From: Octopus sinensis
Lineage: Eukaryota
Reading direction: 5' to 3'
Assembly: GCF_006345805.1 (NCBI RefSeq)
Contig: NC_043000.1
Coordinates: 32,612,001 to 32,676,000 of the forward strand
DNA length: 64,000 nucleotides
Shown here: positions 38,502-51,120 of the stretch, in pieces
Position numbering within the stretch: the stretch's first letter is position 1
Layout: every line of letters begins with the position of its first letter
Program-made: the position numbers and the translations under genes
The notes under the pieces: model-generated
Told to the model about the DNA's origin: nothing
What the model saw: only the letters and a program-made list of their open reading frames with translations
The model's database searches: none

Positions 38502-39170
38502 AGGGAGCGAAATTTTTTTCCCACGAGAGTTCCGGACCCAGTAACGAACTCATTTGCATACAGCCAATCAGAGTTCCCCTTAACCTTGTACACAAACATC
38601 TATGCAGAGACAGCCATGCGGATAATGAAGGATCAAATCCGTTCAGCTCTGAGATTATGCCTAGCTTCAAAGCCCAACACCACATTCGTGAATGTGCTAA
38701 AAAAAACAACCAATCTCTTAGTAAAACACACTCTACCAAGTAAACTCAAGATGAAGAACGGTGTTGTAAGTTGACCGATCGCTGCCAAGTTATGCCTGAT
38801 TTTAGGAGACAAGTAATTAGACAGATTTGCATCTATACCTATTATCGGATTTTGTTAGGGCCCCAGATGGTAAAGATGTGGATGGGAAAAGTGTGGCTAG
38901 AGGGTGATGTGCGAGCAACCCTTTCTACTTATTGTTTTACAAAGTAAACAATAACAGATAATTACATAGAGGCAGCCATGGTTGGAACAAGAACAACAAG
39001 CATTATTAAAACAGAAAAGAAGCATGGTCATTCCTTATCTAAGTGACCTTATCTTATCCCCCATCACTTGTTATGCGCTCATAAATTAGTTAGATAGTTG
39101 AGCTCTGATTGGCTGTATGCAAATGAGCTTATAACTGAGGTCCAGAATTCTCATGGGGAAAACAGTTTCT
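38502..39170. mobile_element. Non-autonomous TIR DNA element inserted into a SINE family 3 copy
   Basis: About 75-bp imperfect TIRs with a 25-bp perfect core ctcatttgcatacagccaatcagag (38549-38573 / 39103-39127). Candidate TSD cggcc. The host SINE continues on both sides (38385-38501, 39171-39237). Confidence 0.75.
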
Positions 39171-40414
39171 CGGCCCAGGAATTGAACTCACTACCTCATG
39201 ATTGTGAGACCAACGCTCTAATCACTGAGCCATGCAAAGAAATTAAAAGTTACGATCAGTCATAGAGTGACCATTGGCTTTGCACCTATAAAGCGCTTAG
39301 CAGTATAGGCGACCCATCAGACTCAAATGGCCGAAGGCGCATAACCTCTCTAGAACTGGAGGAAGAAATACGTAACAATCAGTTGGTTTTATAGATATAT
39401 ATATATGTGTGTGTGCTTAGAAATGTACCAACTACATGGTTTCGGGTTCAGTCCCACTGCATGGCACCATGGGCAAGTGTCTTCCATTATAGCCTGGGAC
39501 CGACCGCTCCAAGCTTGCGAGTGGATTCAGTAGACGGAAGCTGAAAGAAGCCCGTCGTATATATATATATGTATATGTATGTTTTTGTGTTTGTCTGTCC
39601 TTCACCACTGCTTGACAACCAGTGTTGGTGTGTTTACAACCCCGTAACTTAGCGATTCAGTTTGGCAAGAGAGACCAGGTTTTAAAAAAAATGGGGTCGA
39701 TTCAGTCTATTAAAGCCCTTCAAGGCGGTGCTCTGGCATGGCCACAGTCTAATAATTGAAACGAGTAAGAAAAAAGATATTTACTTTTTGGCTTGTTTTG
39801 TGATTTTAGATTGATTTCGAATGATGCAAGAATGGTAAAACTAACCAATTAGTCCAGTTAATTGAAAATGGAGTAAACTTGAGCCAGCGAAAGTGGAAGT
39901 CTTTGTTTTTAGGGTGCAAACGAGAGACGCGAACGGATGTGTGAATCCCTTCAGGGTTTCATATTTCTGTCCTGTGGGGGAAGAAGTTCAGTTTTGTGAC
40001 TGGATACTTTCAGATAATCAAAGACAGACATTAAATAAGAATTCGCGAGTGGAGTCTTCCAGGAGATTTAACTTATTCCCTCTTGTTTCGATATTGATTT
40101 GTGTTGTGTAAAAAGATAAAACAAAGTCTTAGGGATTGGCACCCTGTGGATCTCTGAGGAATACATTAAGGACTCAACGATATTACCCCAATTGCAAAGA
40201 GTTATCTGGCAGGGGACTGCAACAGGAAAACCCTTCTCCCTTTTATACCCTACAAGGTGGATCAAATGGGGCACAATACATCAAGAAATTAACTTATTTT
40301 CTGTGCGTGGGGTTATGCTCCATGAGCCTGTAACAGCATAAACCCCATTTAAGGAACCTGAAGTGGAGAAGATAGTTTCTAATTTGGAAGTGTCTTTTTT
40401 TTTTCATGACTGAC

Positions 40415-40812
40415 TCTTTTACTTGTTTCAGTCATTTGATTGTGGCCATGCTGGAGCACCGCCTTTAGTCAAACAAACCGGCCCCAGGACTTATTCTTTT
40501 TAAGCCTAGTACTTATTCTATCGGTTCTTTTGCCAAACCGCTAAGTTACGGGGACGTAAACACACCAGCATCGGTTGTCAAGCGATGTTGGGGTGGGGGA
40601 CAAACAGACACAAACATATACACACACGTACATATATATACATATATACGACGGGCTTCTTTCAGTTTCCGACTATCAAATCCACTCACAAGGCTTTGGT
40701 CGGCCCGAGGCTATAGTAGAAGACAATTGCCCAAGGTGCCACGCACTAGGACTGAACACGGAACCATGTGGTTGGTAAGCAAGCTACTTACCACACAGCC
40801 ACTCCTGCGCCT
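40415..40812 (-). mobile_element. tRNA-derived SINE family 2 (CORE-like), near full length
   Basis: Head ggcgcaggagtggctgtgtggtaag, B-box ggttccgtgttcagtcc, core ccttgggcaattgtcttctactatagcctcgggccgaccaaagccttgtgagtgg. Partial copies at 300-435, 735-915, 16630-16800, 39425-39778, 49812-49978, 50735-50985 and 59960-60125. Confidence 0.8.
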
Positions 40813-41123
40813 ATAAAAAGTAGGCCCCTCGATTTAACAGCCAAGTTTCGCTTCTGGGTTACATTTGAGCCTTTTACACTTACAAGTAAGGCATTTTCAT
40901 CCAGCAATCCTGTCACTTCTCCCAAACCCTACTTAACAAATGAATTTAAAGTCTAGATGTGATTTTATCATCAAAAAACGATTTCTTCAAGTTAGAGTCC
41001 CCCCTATGTTGTATCGATCAGCCATATTTCATAGCTAATGGCTTTATTTTTCAACGGTTGGAAGGAAACTAAAGTTAGGGAAATTGTTTAAAAGAAGAAA
41101 AGAATAAACGTTGAAAATATTTT

Positions 41124-41400
41124 ATCCCCTCGGCCAGCTTCGTCTGGCACCTGTGCCGGTGGCATGTAAAAAGCACCAACCGATTGCGACCGTTGCCAGC
41201 CTCCCCTGGCACCTGTGCCGGTGGCACGTAAAAAGCACCTACTACACTCACGGAGTGGTTGGCGTTAGGAAGGGCATCCAGCTGTAGAAACACTGCCAGA
41301 TCAGACTAGAGCCTGGTGCAGCCTCCTGGCTTCCTAGACCCCGGTCGAACCGTCCAACCCATGCTAGCATGGAAAACGGACGTTAAACGATGATGATGAT
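41124..41400 (+). mobile_element. RTE 3'-end insertion with 11-bp TSD gaaaatatttt
   Basis: TSD at 41113-41123 and 41401-41411; (GAT)n tail. Confidence 0.9.
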
Positions 41401-41984
41401 GAAAATATTTTCAACGTTTATTCTTTTCGGTAAATATTTTGAAGAAGTAAAAGCTGTTTACTGAGACCGTGTATTGAAGTATCAGTTTATCTAAAGATTC
41501 AACTCGTTCCAGATCCTGTTTCCCTCTTATCGTGTCATCGTTTAATTTATAACTTTGCAATTTTCCGCATTGCTGCTGCTGCTGCTGCTAATCTCCTCCG
41601 TCACCATTGCTGTCGTGTTGCTGTTCACGACATTGTCATGTCGTCAATGCCCACGACAATTAGATATTGAATACATCACATTAATTTATTCTGCCTTTAT
41701 TCGGAATGTTGTGCTGAGGCAAAAATCAATCGTTGTCAGTGTTAATGGCAGAATGGTTAGCACGTCGGATAAAATGCTTTGCGCCATTTCTTCCGACTCA
41801 TTACAGTCTGAGTAGAAATTTCGCCGAGGTCGACCTTGCCTTTCATCCTCTCGGGATTGATAAAGTACTAGTTGAGTACTTGGGTCAATGGAATTGACTT
41901 TCCCATCCCTTCAAAATTACTAGCCTTGTGCTAAAAATTTAGAAAGATTTATTATTATTATTAATTATCAGTGCTACCGAGGGG

Positions 41985-42655
41985 CACTGTCGATTCTAGA
42001 TGAACTTCATAGGAACGGAAGCACCACCAAGCGGGACTGTCTCAGATCCACGAAACCGCTCTGCTCTCACTCGTGCAGTGTCCGGTGTCCGGGCATTGTT
42101 GACGTGTAGAGTTGTGCTGAACAGTTGTTATCGTGTATGGGAGGAATCCATCGTGAGGATCGGCCTTCCCGCTTGCCTTTTAACAAGGCAGAGCAGACGT
42201 TATTCCTCTATCTGGTGGCAATGGCGAAAGAGGCTGTGGTGGATGAGGTTGACAGGATCAAGCAAAGACACTATCTTCTTCGGTTAAGGGTTCTTGGGAA
42301 GTGAAGGCGGAGAGAGGAATGTGCTATCAGTAAAAAGATAGGGGACTGGCAAAATGGCCCTAGTCTAAATATGTCCCTGTTGATTAGAAAACAACAGTTA
42401 GTCGAGGGCTTGTTAATTTTGTGGTCAGAGTAATCCTGGGTGTGTGCGGTTCCTTGATTGGTCTTGGAGTTTTTTCCGTATTAAGGAGGACTACAAAATT
42501 CATGTTATCGCTTAATTTATATATTATGTAAACTTTTATCTCTTTTCACCATCTTTTCCATTTCTTTCTCCTTATCTTTTATGCAAGCCCTCACACAGAT
42601 TGTAGACTGTCTTTGTGATGCCCCCCACCATTTATACTCCTGTGGCTAATAAAAT
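41985..42655 (+). mobile_element. Probable L1/Tx1-type LINE 3' fragment
   Basis: ETALLSLVQCP...TLFLYLVAMAKEAVV resembles the L1/Tx1 C-terminal zinc-finger region (ET..H.L..CP ... LVA.AK..VW); ends near AATAAA at about 42648. Confidence 0.5.
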
Positions 42656-43574
42656 ACCACCACCACCATCATCATTATTGAAGGCATCGAGCTTGCAGAA
42701 TCCTTAATCGGCTCAAAATTGCTGGCCTTGTGATATTGCAGAAAGAATTATTTACATTGCCTGTCAATAAAGTTGTGTAAGTTTACACACACACACACGC
42801 TCTCTCTCTCTCTCTCTCTGGTAACTCTCTCCTCTCTCTCTCACACACACACTAACATAGAGATCGATTGATGGATTAATTCTGCGTGTTTACTGGTTTG
42901 CCGACAGACATTAGTTCCAGTCTGTATTTGACTTCGGTGGAATCAGTAATTTCTGACGCAGCTTTCAATAAAACGACCGTTTCCGTCCAGTCATTTTCAA
43001 ATTACCCAATGCTTCACCTCACCATTGACAGCATCAGCGATATCGGTCGGCCCTTGGTGGGATATTAAAGGGCGAAGCGGCTGCTAGAGTTTACCTAGGA
43101 GAACAGCAAACCAACCTTGCTAATTACTGTCGCCCTCACCATTCTACTTTGAATGAGGTTTGTATTTTATTAAATTAATGTGGACATGTGTGTTGAGGCA
43201 AGCTTTTATATTTTAGTGTGTATATGTCTACCTCACTACACACGTTGCATACACACCTATTTGTACGTAATACACTTTAATAAATGCATCTCTATTTTGT
43301 TGTGGTTGGTGTGTAGCCCTAGGCCGCCGGACCTACTCGAACAGACATAACGAAAGGTGTCCCTGCAGTATAAAATACACCCTTCATTATTTGACAATCG
43401 ATTCGTATTCGACGGAGGTTTTGCTGCTATTTCTTGCAGGTCGAGACTCACCCCTGTGTGCGTGCTTGCGTGCGTGTCGTGTATATATACACTGAGGTAT
43501 ATCTATAAGCATTTATTTACATTTCCATGCACGTATGTATATTGTGTAACTGCGTTATGTATGTACGTAATATA

Positions 43575-43609
<35 letters not shown>

Positions 43610-44144
43610 ATAATATGCCTTTAATCGTATGTATATTTATGCATGTTTTATAGCTGTCTGCAGATGAATGTTAGCATCTCTCTCTATATATATATTTATA
43701 TATATATATGAAAGAGAGAGGTGTGCATGTGTATTACACACACTCACACACAGCTGTTTGCGTGTATTATGTACACACAGACGTCTATATATGCGTTAAT
43801 CTAAATTTGGTTGATTAATTAAGCTTTCTCTCCTCTCTGCCGTTGGTGGTTCTATATTTTACAGCTTGAACAATTTCTCCCATCACTAGTGTTGCCTTGA
43901 TCTGACAGATTTGTGATTAGCACCGTTCCAAACATGACCACCCTGTTTTTTTTTGCGTGTGAACCGGAGATATCTTTGTCCAATGCATCTCTATTTAAGC
44001 TGATAGCGCACAGTTTGAGGTTGATTTGGTCGCTATTTCCTACAGTTCGAGCGACTGCGTGGAGGCTGCCCCTATTGTCTCGCACTTCGTCTGTGGTTGG
44101 TGACACAAGATTTGTAATTGCTGCAGTCGCATGTATTCTTCGTG

Positions 44145-44193
<49 letters not shown>

Positions 44194-44753
44194 ATATCTA
44201 TCTATCTATCTATCTATATAATATGCCTTTAATCGTATGTATATTTATGCATGTTTTATAGCTGTCTGCAGATGAATGTTAGCATCTCTCTCTATATATA
44301 TATTTATATATATATATATGAAAGAGAGAGGTGTGCATGTGTATTACACACACTCACACACAGCTGTTTGCGTGTATTATGTACACACAGACGTCTATAT
44401 ATGCGTTAATCTAATTTGGTTGATTAATTAAGCTTTCTCTCCTCTCTGCCGTTGGTGGTTCTATATTTTACAGCTTGAACAATTTCTCCCATCACTAGTG
44501 TTGCCTTGATCTGACAGATTTGTGATTAGCACCGTTCCAAACATGACCACCCTGTTTTTTTTTGCGTGTGAACCGGAGATATCTTTGTCCAATGCATCTC
44601 TATTTAAGCTGATAGCGCACAGTTTGAGGTTGATTTCGTCGCTATTTCCTACAGTTCGAGCGACTGCGTGGAGGCTGCCCCTATTGTCTCGCACTTCGTC
44701 TGTGGTTGGTGACACAAGATTTGTAATTGCTGCAGTCGCATGTATTCTTCGTG

Positions 44754-44806
<53 letters not shown>
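43575..44806. repeat. Near-perfect tandem duplication, unit about 608 bp, bounded by (AT)n/(ATCT)n microsatellites
   Basis: atatgcctttaatcg at 43613 and 44221. Outside the microsatellites I see only one SNP and one 1-bp indel. Confidence 0.95.
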
Positions 44807-44818
<12 letters not shown>

Positions 44819-45421
44819 GGCATACATATATACGTATACCCACGCATAGACAACAGTGTATACATCCACATTGCCCTGAACTACCTTAGGAAATAAATAC
44901 ATTGGGTTGTCCCGTTTGTGATACATGGCAGTAAACATCTCCCAAGAATAATGGTAAGGAGATTGGCTGCTGCCGACGAAGGATGATTCAGACTCCGACA
45001 TGAAAAAGATGTTAGTTATCAAGTAGAGGGGGGGGGGAACGGGAATGTATGTCTGAGAGAGAGAGAGAGAGAACTACTAGGGCTTTGGGTGTGGGGCTGA
45101 GGTATGATAAATTTATTCCTCCTCCCGTTAGTTTTTTTTTTTTTTTTGTTTCGCGTTTACCCTGCTCCCTCTACCCACTACCCAACCCGAAACCTTTGGT
45201 ATTCAACCTCTCGTCCTCTTATTATCCCTTTTCTTCTTCTCCTGCCCCCCTCCAGCTGTACCCTTTCTTCCTGTTGTTCCGCTGGACTGACTGTCAGCAC
45301 AGACCGGTTGTAAATCCACCTTCTCCCCAACCCCCCGTCTGTCCCCCCTCCCCCCCCTCCTGCCGGGAATCATGAGATAAAAATGGAATAATTCTTATCG
45401 GCAACTTGATGTTGATGCTAC

Positions 45422-45455
<34 letters not shown>

Positions 45456-45486
45456 TAGGGTTCTTGTTTCTTTTCCCTTTCGTTAG

Positions 45487-45580
45487 ATGGTTTGTTCTCT
45501 GTAAACAAGACATCATCTCTCAGATGACACCAACATTGGTTCTTCACTGAATTTTATTTCTCTACAAGTTAACTTGCACC
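45487..45580 (+). other. Candidate non-coding (5' UTR) exon, possibly of CRLF3
   Basis: Strong polypyrimidine acceptor (ttcttgtttcttttccctttcgttag) and CC|gtgagt donor; 94 nt; stops in all three frames. Confidence 0.4.
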
Positions 45581-46791
45581 GTGAGTATGCCGTGTTTCAC
45601 TTTTCTTTAACATTTCTATAGACATGTGCACATATGTGCTTGCATGCATGCATGTATGTATGTCTTTTTCTGTAATCCTGTGCATGCACGTACATGTGTT
45701 CTGCAGACTTATTATGCATGTGTGTTGTCGTTTTTACTGACGAAGAATCATTTGGAAGAACATATTAATCAACTAATTAGTTAGTTGCCGTAATTATTAC
45801 ATTTATTCTATTCTGGCAATTCCCCCCCCCCTTTATTAGTCTCTTTATTATTGGAATTTTGACTTTATTCTCTGTAGAATTTGTTTGTTCTTTGTCTTGT
45901 TCAATGTTAAACGATTGTGTTAATCACCGAAATCTTCGGAATGTCATGTCAACAGAAATTGATAGAAATATTAGTTTCTCCACATTACGCATTATTTGTC
46001 AGCTGGAATCAATGAGCTTTGTGATGATCGATGGCTTTGTGTAAAATGTTAGGAATGTAAATAAAATGAAGATTTTCCATTGAGATGAAACACTACACCC
46101 AGCATGGTCTCAGCTTGATAAAAGCTCATTTCTTGTAGTACTTAGTATTGTGCACACTGCAGAAAGGACCCACCCTGTACCCACACCCACCTGGCAGGTG
46201 CATGTATTGAGTACTCTCATTGCTTGACACAGGATTACTTTTACACCTATTTAGAAATAGGAGTATAATATGATTAAACAGATACCAGTGGTACTTCTCT
46301 TACATGTCCTGGAGTACTTAGAATGAAGTGACTTGAATAGGATTGAACTAAAGATTTAGATAGCAAATATAACTAGTTTTTTTTTTTTTGTTTTTATTGA
46401 ATACAAGACCAACATTGTAGAATAGGAAAATAATTTTCCTTCACTTTATAACTGGTGTTTATTTAGTGATTCAGAAACTTTAAAATTTGTTTCTTAAAGC
46501 TTCAAAGTGTCTTTCAAAGAACTGAGATTGTTTTTTCAGTCTTTAAAGAACAATGTTCTGGTTGTTGATTAATTTCAGTGGAAGACTAATGACTAAAGAT
46601 CATTAGTGTTTTAAAAATCAATTAAAATATCAATGTCTTTTCTCACTCTTATTGTCTTGTCCATAGTTTTACCCTTTTTTTTAGCTTCATTTCTTTCCAA
46701 TAGAATGACTTATTTAGTTGCATAAACACCCTGTTGTATATACACCCTGTAGGTATGTATGCATTGTAGAATTTTATATACCCTATTGTTG

Positions 46792-46833
<42 letters not shown>

Positions 46834-48021
46834 TATATATATAATGTGTGTGTGTGTATATATACATACATACATAGACCTGCACACAAACCTAGCAGTT
46901 TTATCATAAATTACATTGTAATCTCTACTCCTCCTCTCTGTAATTTATCTAATTAATAATAACTCTACCTTCTCCCTTCCATCTCACCTCTACAACTTCA
47001 TATTGCCCTTTGTATAGGGCATATTAATGCCCTATACAAACATCTCCCTTGGGTTTACATGTGTGTGTGTGCAAGAATAAAGCTGGGCTGTGCTGTATGT
47101 ACAGTGTCGCTAATGTGTACGTGCGTGTCTATAAATGTTGTGTTTGAGTGTGAAAATGACTGAGTGTGTATTTGTGTGTGTTTGTGTGTGTTATATAAAT
47201 GTTGTATGTGTGTATGGAAGTTGACTGAGCTGTGTTGTGTGTGTGTGTTGTGAATACCTTTTTTTTCTTCTTCTTGTCAGAGGGGTGTCTTCTGCCATCA
47301 AAGGTAATAAAATCTACCTTAGTACTCTCTGATCCCTCTCCCACTGAAAAAAAAAAAAAAAGGAACATCCTGAAAGATACAACCTTCCCTGCATCTACCC
47401 CTTCCATATAATTCTTCCTTGCATATAACCTTTTCTTGCATCTACCCCTTTCTCGCATCTACCCCCTTGCCATATGTTTTTTTTAAATCAACATTGAACA
47501 GAATCCTTTACTCCCTTGCCTATTTTTTCCCATTTTTTTTTTTTTTGACTGAAATTTAATATAATTTTACTGCAATTACCGAAGTTAATAACATTAGCTC
47601 CATTGCATTGCTGAAGACTGGGTTTTTGAGTTCATTTGTTTCCCAGTCAAAGCAAAAATGTTTGGTAATCCCCTTCAGATTTTTACCACTTTTTTTTTCT
47701 TAGTCAGTTTCTTGAGGTTGCCATAGTTACACCTGGTAAGTTAATAGTTTCCAAAGTAGAAGAATATTTCTGGGAGTGAGAGGTGTCAACAGTATCGACC
47801 AACCACAAATGGAATGGAATCTTTAACTTATCATCACAATGATGAGTAATGAATGCCGTAGACCAAAATATAAGACCAAAAACTAGAATTCCCTCCTGCG
47901 TACATTTTCTTTTCTCTTGTAAACCTGACTTCATCTTCTTCATTCTCCCAAACTTAATTCCCTATGTAGTTGCCGCAGTTAGACAGGGAATGTTTTGCCA
48001 TTAAGTACTTTTAGACAGGAA

Positions 48022-48053
<32 letters not shown>

Positions 48054-48076
48054 TGTGTGTGAGAGAGAGAGAGACA

Positions 48077-48107
<31 letters not shown>

Positions 48108-49009
48108 TGTCTGTGTTTTCTAATCTTCTGTAATCTGGAGAACTTTATTTCATTTTTATCTAAATGAAATATCTTGACATGCATATACATCACCTCCACC
48201 ATCACTTCCGCCTCCAATGAGAAAAACCAACAAGGGAACCTCTGTGCAGTCATTCAGACTGCTAGGCATAGCAGCCAAATCCACTCCAATCACTCCATGC
48301 AGCCATAAAAATGTAAGGACACTAATTCTAGCTATAAAGGTCAGAATACTTTTAATTGAAGTTTCTGTACTTGGTCAAGACTGACCTGGGGCCAGCAATA
48401 CAGTGACAACAGTAATCCCTTAATTCAGTGTTAATTTATGAAAATAGGGGCTGATTAATTTCCTTAATTGATAAAAAGGTGTTTTTAATCCTTCTTAAGA
48501 AAGAAGAATTATATTAGAAGCAGTATATATTTTATTTTTGGTGGTGGTGGTCAGATCTGGTAGTAAGTTTAGGAATAACTGATAAACTCCTGGCTCCTCT
48601 GTCCCTACTTGCAACCTCCATCCACAGTCTTAGTTCCTCTGTCCCCTCTCACTTCTGTTCACCCCATACTTTGAGGGTCCACCTGGACACTTAATCACCC
48701 TTATTTTTATTACTTTCTGGCTCCCCAATCATTCTCACCTTCTCTTCTAAAGTAGTAGTGGCAGTGTAACACCTTTGCAGCCAGGGGCCCGTTCTGCTCT
48801 GGCCCCTTCTCCTCACACTTTAACCCTTCAGCCCCTAGCTTAATGTCACCCACGTGGGTTTTGCACTCATACAAGCTGCATAGTAGCCTCACCAGTGTGG
48901 TACACTCTGTAAATTAGTTGGCATTTGGAAGGGTGTTCAGCCATAGAAACCATACCAAAGTAGGCACCGGAGCCTGATGCAGTTCTTGGACAAGTTGGAT
49001 CTTGTCAAA

Positions 49010-49590
49010 CCTATTTCTTTACTACCCACAAGGGGCTAAACACAGAGAGGACAAACAAGGACAGACAAACGCATTAAGTCGATTATATCGACCCCAGTGT
49101 GTAACTGATACTTATTTAATCGACCCCGAAAGGATGAAAGGCAAAGTCGACCTCGGTGGAATTTGAACTTATAGCATAGTGGCAGATGAAATACCTATTT
49201 CTTTACTACCCACAAGGGGCTAAACACAGAGAGGACAAACAAGGACAGACAAACGCATTAAGTCGATTATATCGACCCCAGTGTGTAACTGATACTTATT
49301 TAATCGACCCCGAAAGGATGAAAGGCAAAGTCGACCTTGGTGGAATTTGAACTTATAGCATAGTGGCAGATGAAATACCTATTTCTTTACTACCCACAAG
49401 GGGCTAAACACAGAGAGGACAAACAAGGACAGACAAATGGATTAAGTCGATTATATCGACCCCAGTGCGTAACTGGTTCTTATTTAATTGACCCCGAAAG
49501 GATGAAAAGCAAAGTCGACCTCAGCGGAATTTGAACTCAGAACATAACGGCAGACGAAATACCGCTAACGTTTCTGCCAGCTCGCCGCCT
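49010..49590 (-). mobile_element. Trimeric SINE family 1 (184-bp period)
   Basis: cctatttctttactacccacaagggg at 49010, 49194 and 49378; a single head at about 49590. Confidence 0.92.
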
Positions 49591-49980
49591 TATCAAACCA
49601 TCTTGTCAAACCATCCAACTGGTGCCAATATAGAAGACGAATGTTAATAAATGATGATGATGATGATGATGATGTGAATGGATAAGCTAACTAAATCTCC
49701 CTGACTACCACACCCTGTGCCCATATTGATTCCATGGCCATAATACGTTGTGTAGAAAGGATAGTCGTGAAGATGAAAATATGAAAAGCTGCTACAGAGA
49801 TGTAGACTGAAGGTATTAGCTGTGTGGTAAGAAGCTTGCTTCCCAGCTATATGGTTCTGGGTTCAATCTCACTCTGTGGCACCTTGGGTAAGTTTCTTCT
49901 ACTCTGACCCTTGGGCCAACCAAAGCCTTGCGAGTGGATTAGGTAGATGGAAACTGAAAGAAGTCTGTTGTATATATATG

Positions 49981-50403
49981 CCAGTACCGCCTGACTAGCT
50001 CCTGTGCTGGTGGCATGTAAAAAGCACCCACTACACTCTTGAAATGGTTGGCGTTAGAAAGAGCATCTCCAGCGGTATTTCATCTGCCGCTACATTCTGA
50101 GTTCAAATTCCGCCGAGGTAGGCTTTGCCTTTCATCCTTTCGGGGTCGATAAATTAAGTACCAGTTATGCACTGGGGTCAATTTAATCGACTTAATCTGT
50201 TTTTCTGTCCTTGTTTGTCCCCTCTGTGTTTAGCCCCTTGTGGGTAGTAAAGAAATAGGTATAACGAAATACCACGTACCTACATATCATTAACATTACC
50301 AGATCAGATTGGAGTCTGGTGTGGCCTCCTGACATGCCACACCCCAGTTGAACCGTCCAACCCATGCCAGCATGGATAATGGACGTTAAACGATGATGAT
50401 GAT
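49981..50403 (+). mobile_element. Composite: RTE 3' fragment interrupted by a headless SINE family 1 copy (50064-50259) and 40 bp of filler
   Basis: RTE sequence stops at ...gcatctccagc and resumes at ccagatcagattggag (about 50299). Confidence 0.85.
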
Positions 50404-51074
50404 ACACATGATGATGACCTCACTACTGTCAAAGACAATCTACGAGTGTTCGGCACTTTTTTGCCAAACGGTTTGCACAAATGATTTGTATTTTTTTCTT
50501 TCAAGTGATCAAAAGTTTTATGCTGCACATTAGCTCCTGCCCTCCATCAAATCCACTTTGCCTGAACAGGTGCACGCAGGTGTGCCGCATGTCACGTGTT
50601 GAAGTGATTGCAGTGCAATGTGAGATGAAGTGTTTTGCTCAAGAACACAATACATCGCTGGTCTAGAAATTGCAACCATGATCTCGTGATTGTAGGTGCA
50701 ACACCCTAACCACTAGGCCATATGTCCTCACCACATATGTGTGTGTGTGTGTGTGTGTGTGTGTATCTTTGTTTGGCCCCCACCCCCACTATCACTTGAC
50801 AACACAACTGATGTTGGTGTATTTACGTCCCTGTAACTTAGCAGTTTGGCCAAAGAGACTGATAGAATGAGTGCTAGCTTAAGAAAATAAGTCCTGGGGC
50901 AGATTCATTCGACTGAAAATTCTCCAAGGCAGTGCTCCAGCATGGCCACAGTCTAATGATTGAAACAAGTATAAAAGATAAGACACACACACACATATAT
51001 ATATGTATATGATGTATGTATGTGTGTGTGCATATATGTATACATGTGTGTGTATGTATATGTATGTATATATA

Positions 51075-51120
<46 letters not shown>

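Noticed and set aside
43852-44896. Duplicated 84-136 aa ORFs as a protein-coding gene
   Set aside because: They run into (AT)n tracts, lack convincing splice sites, and match no known family.
49010-49590. 184-bp SINE tandem unit as a hammerhead retrozyme
   Set aside because: No CUGANGA...GAAA core found on either strand of the unit.
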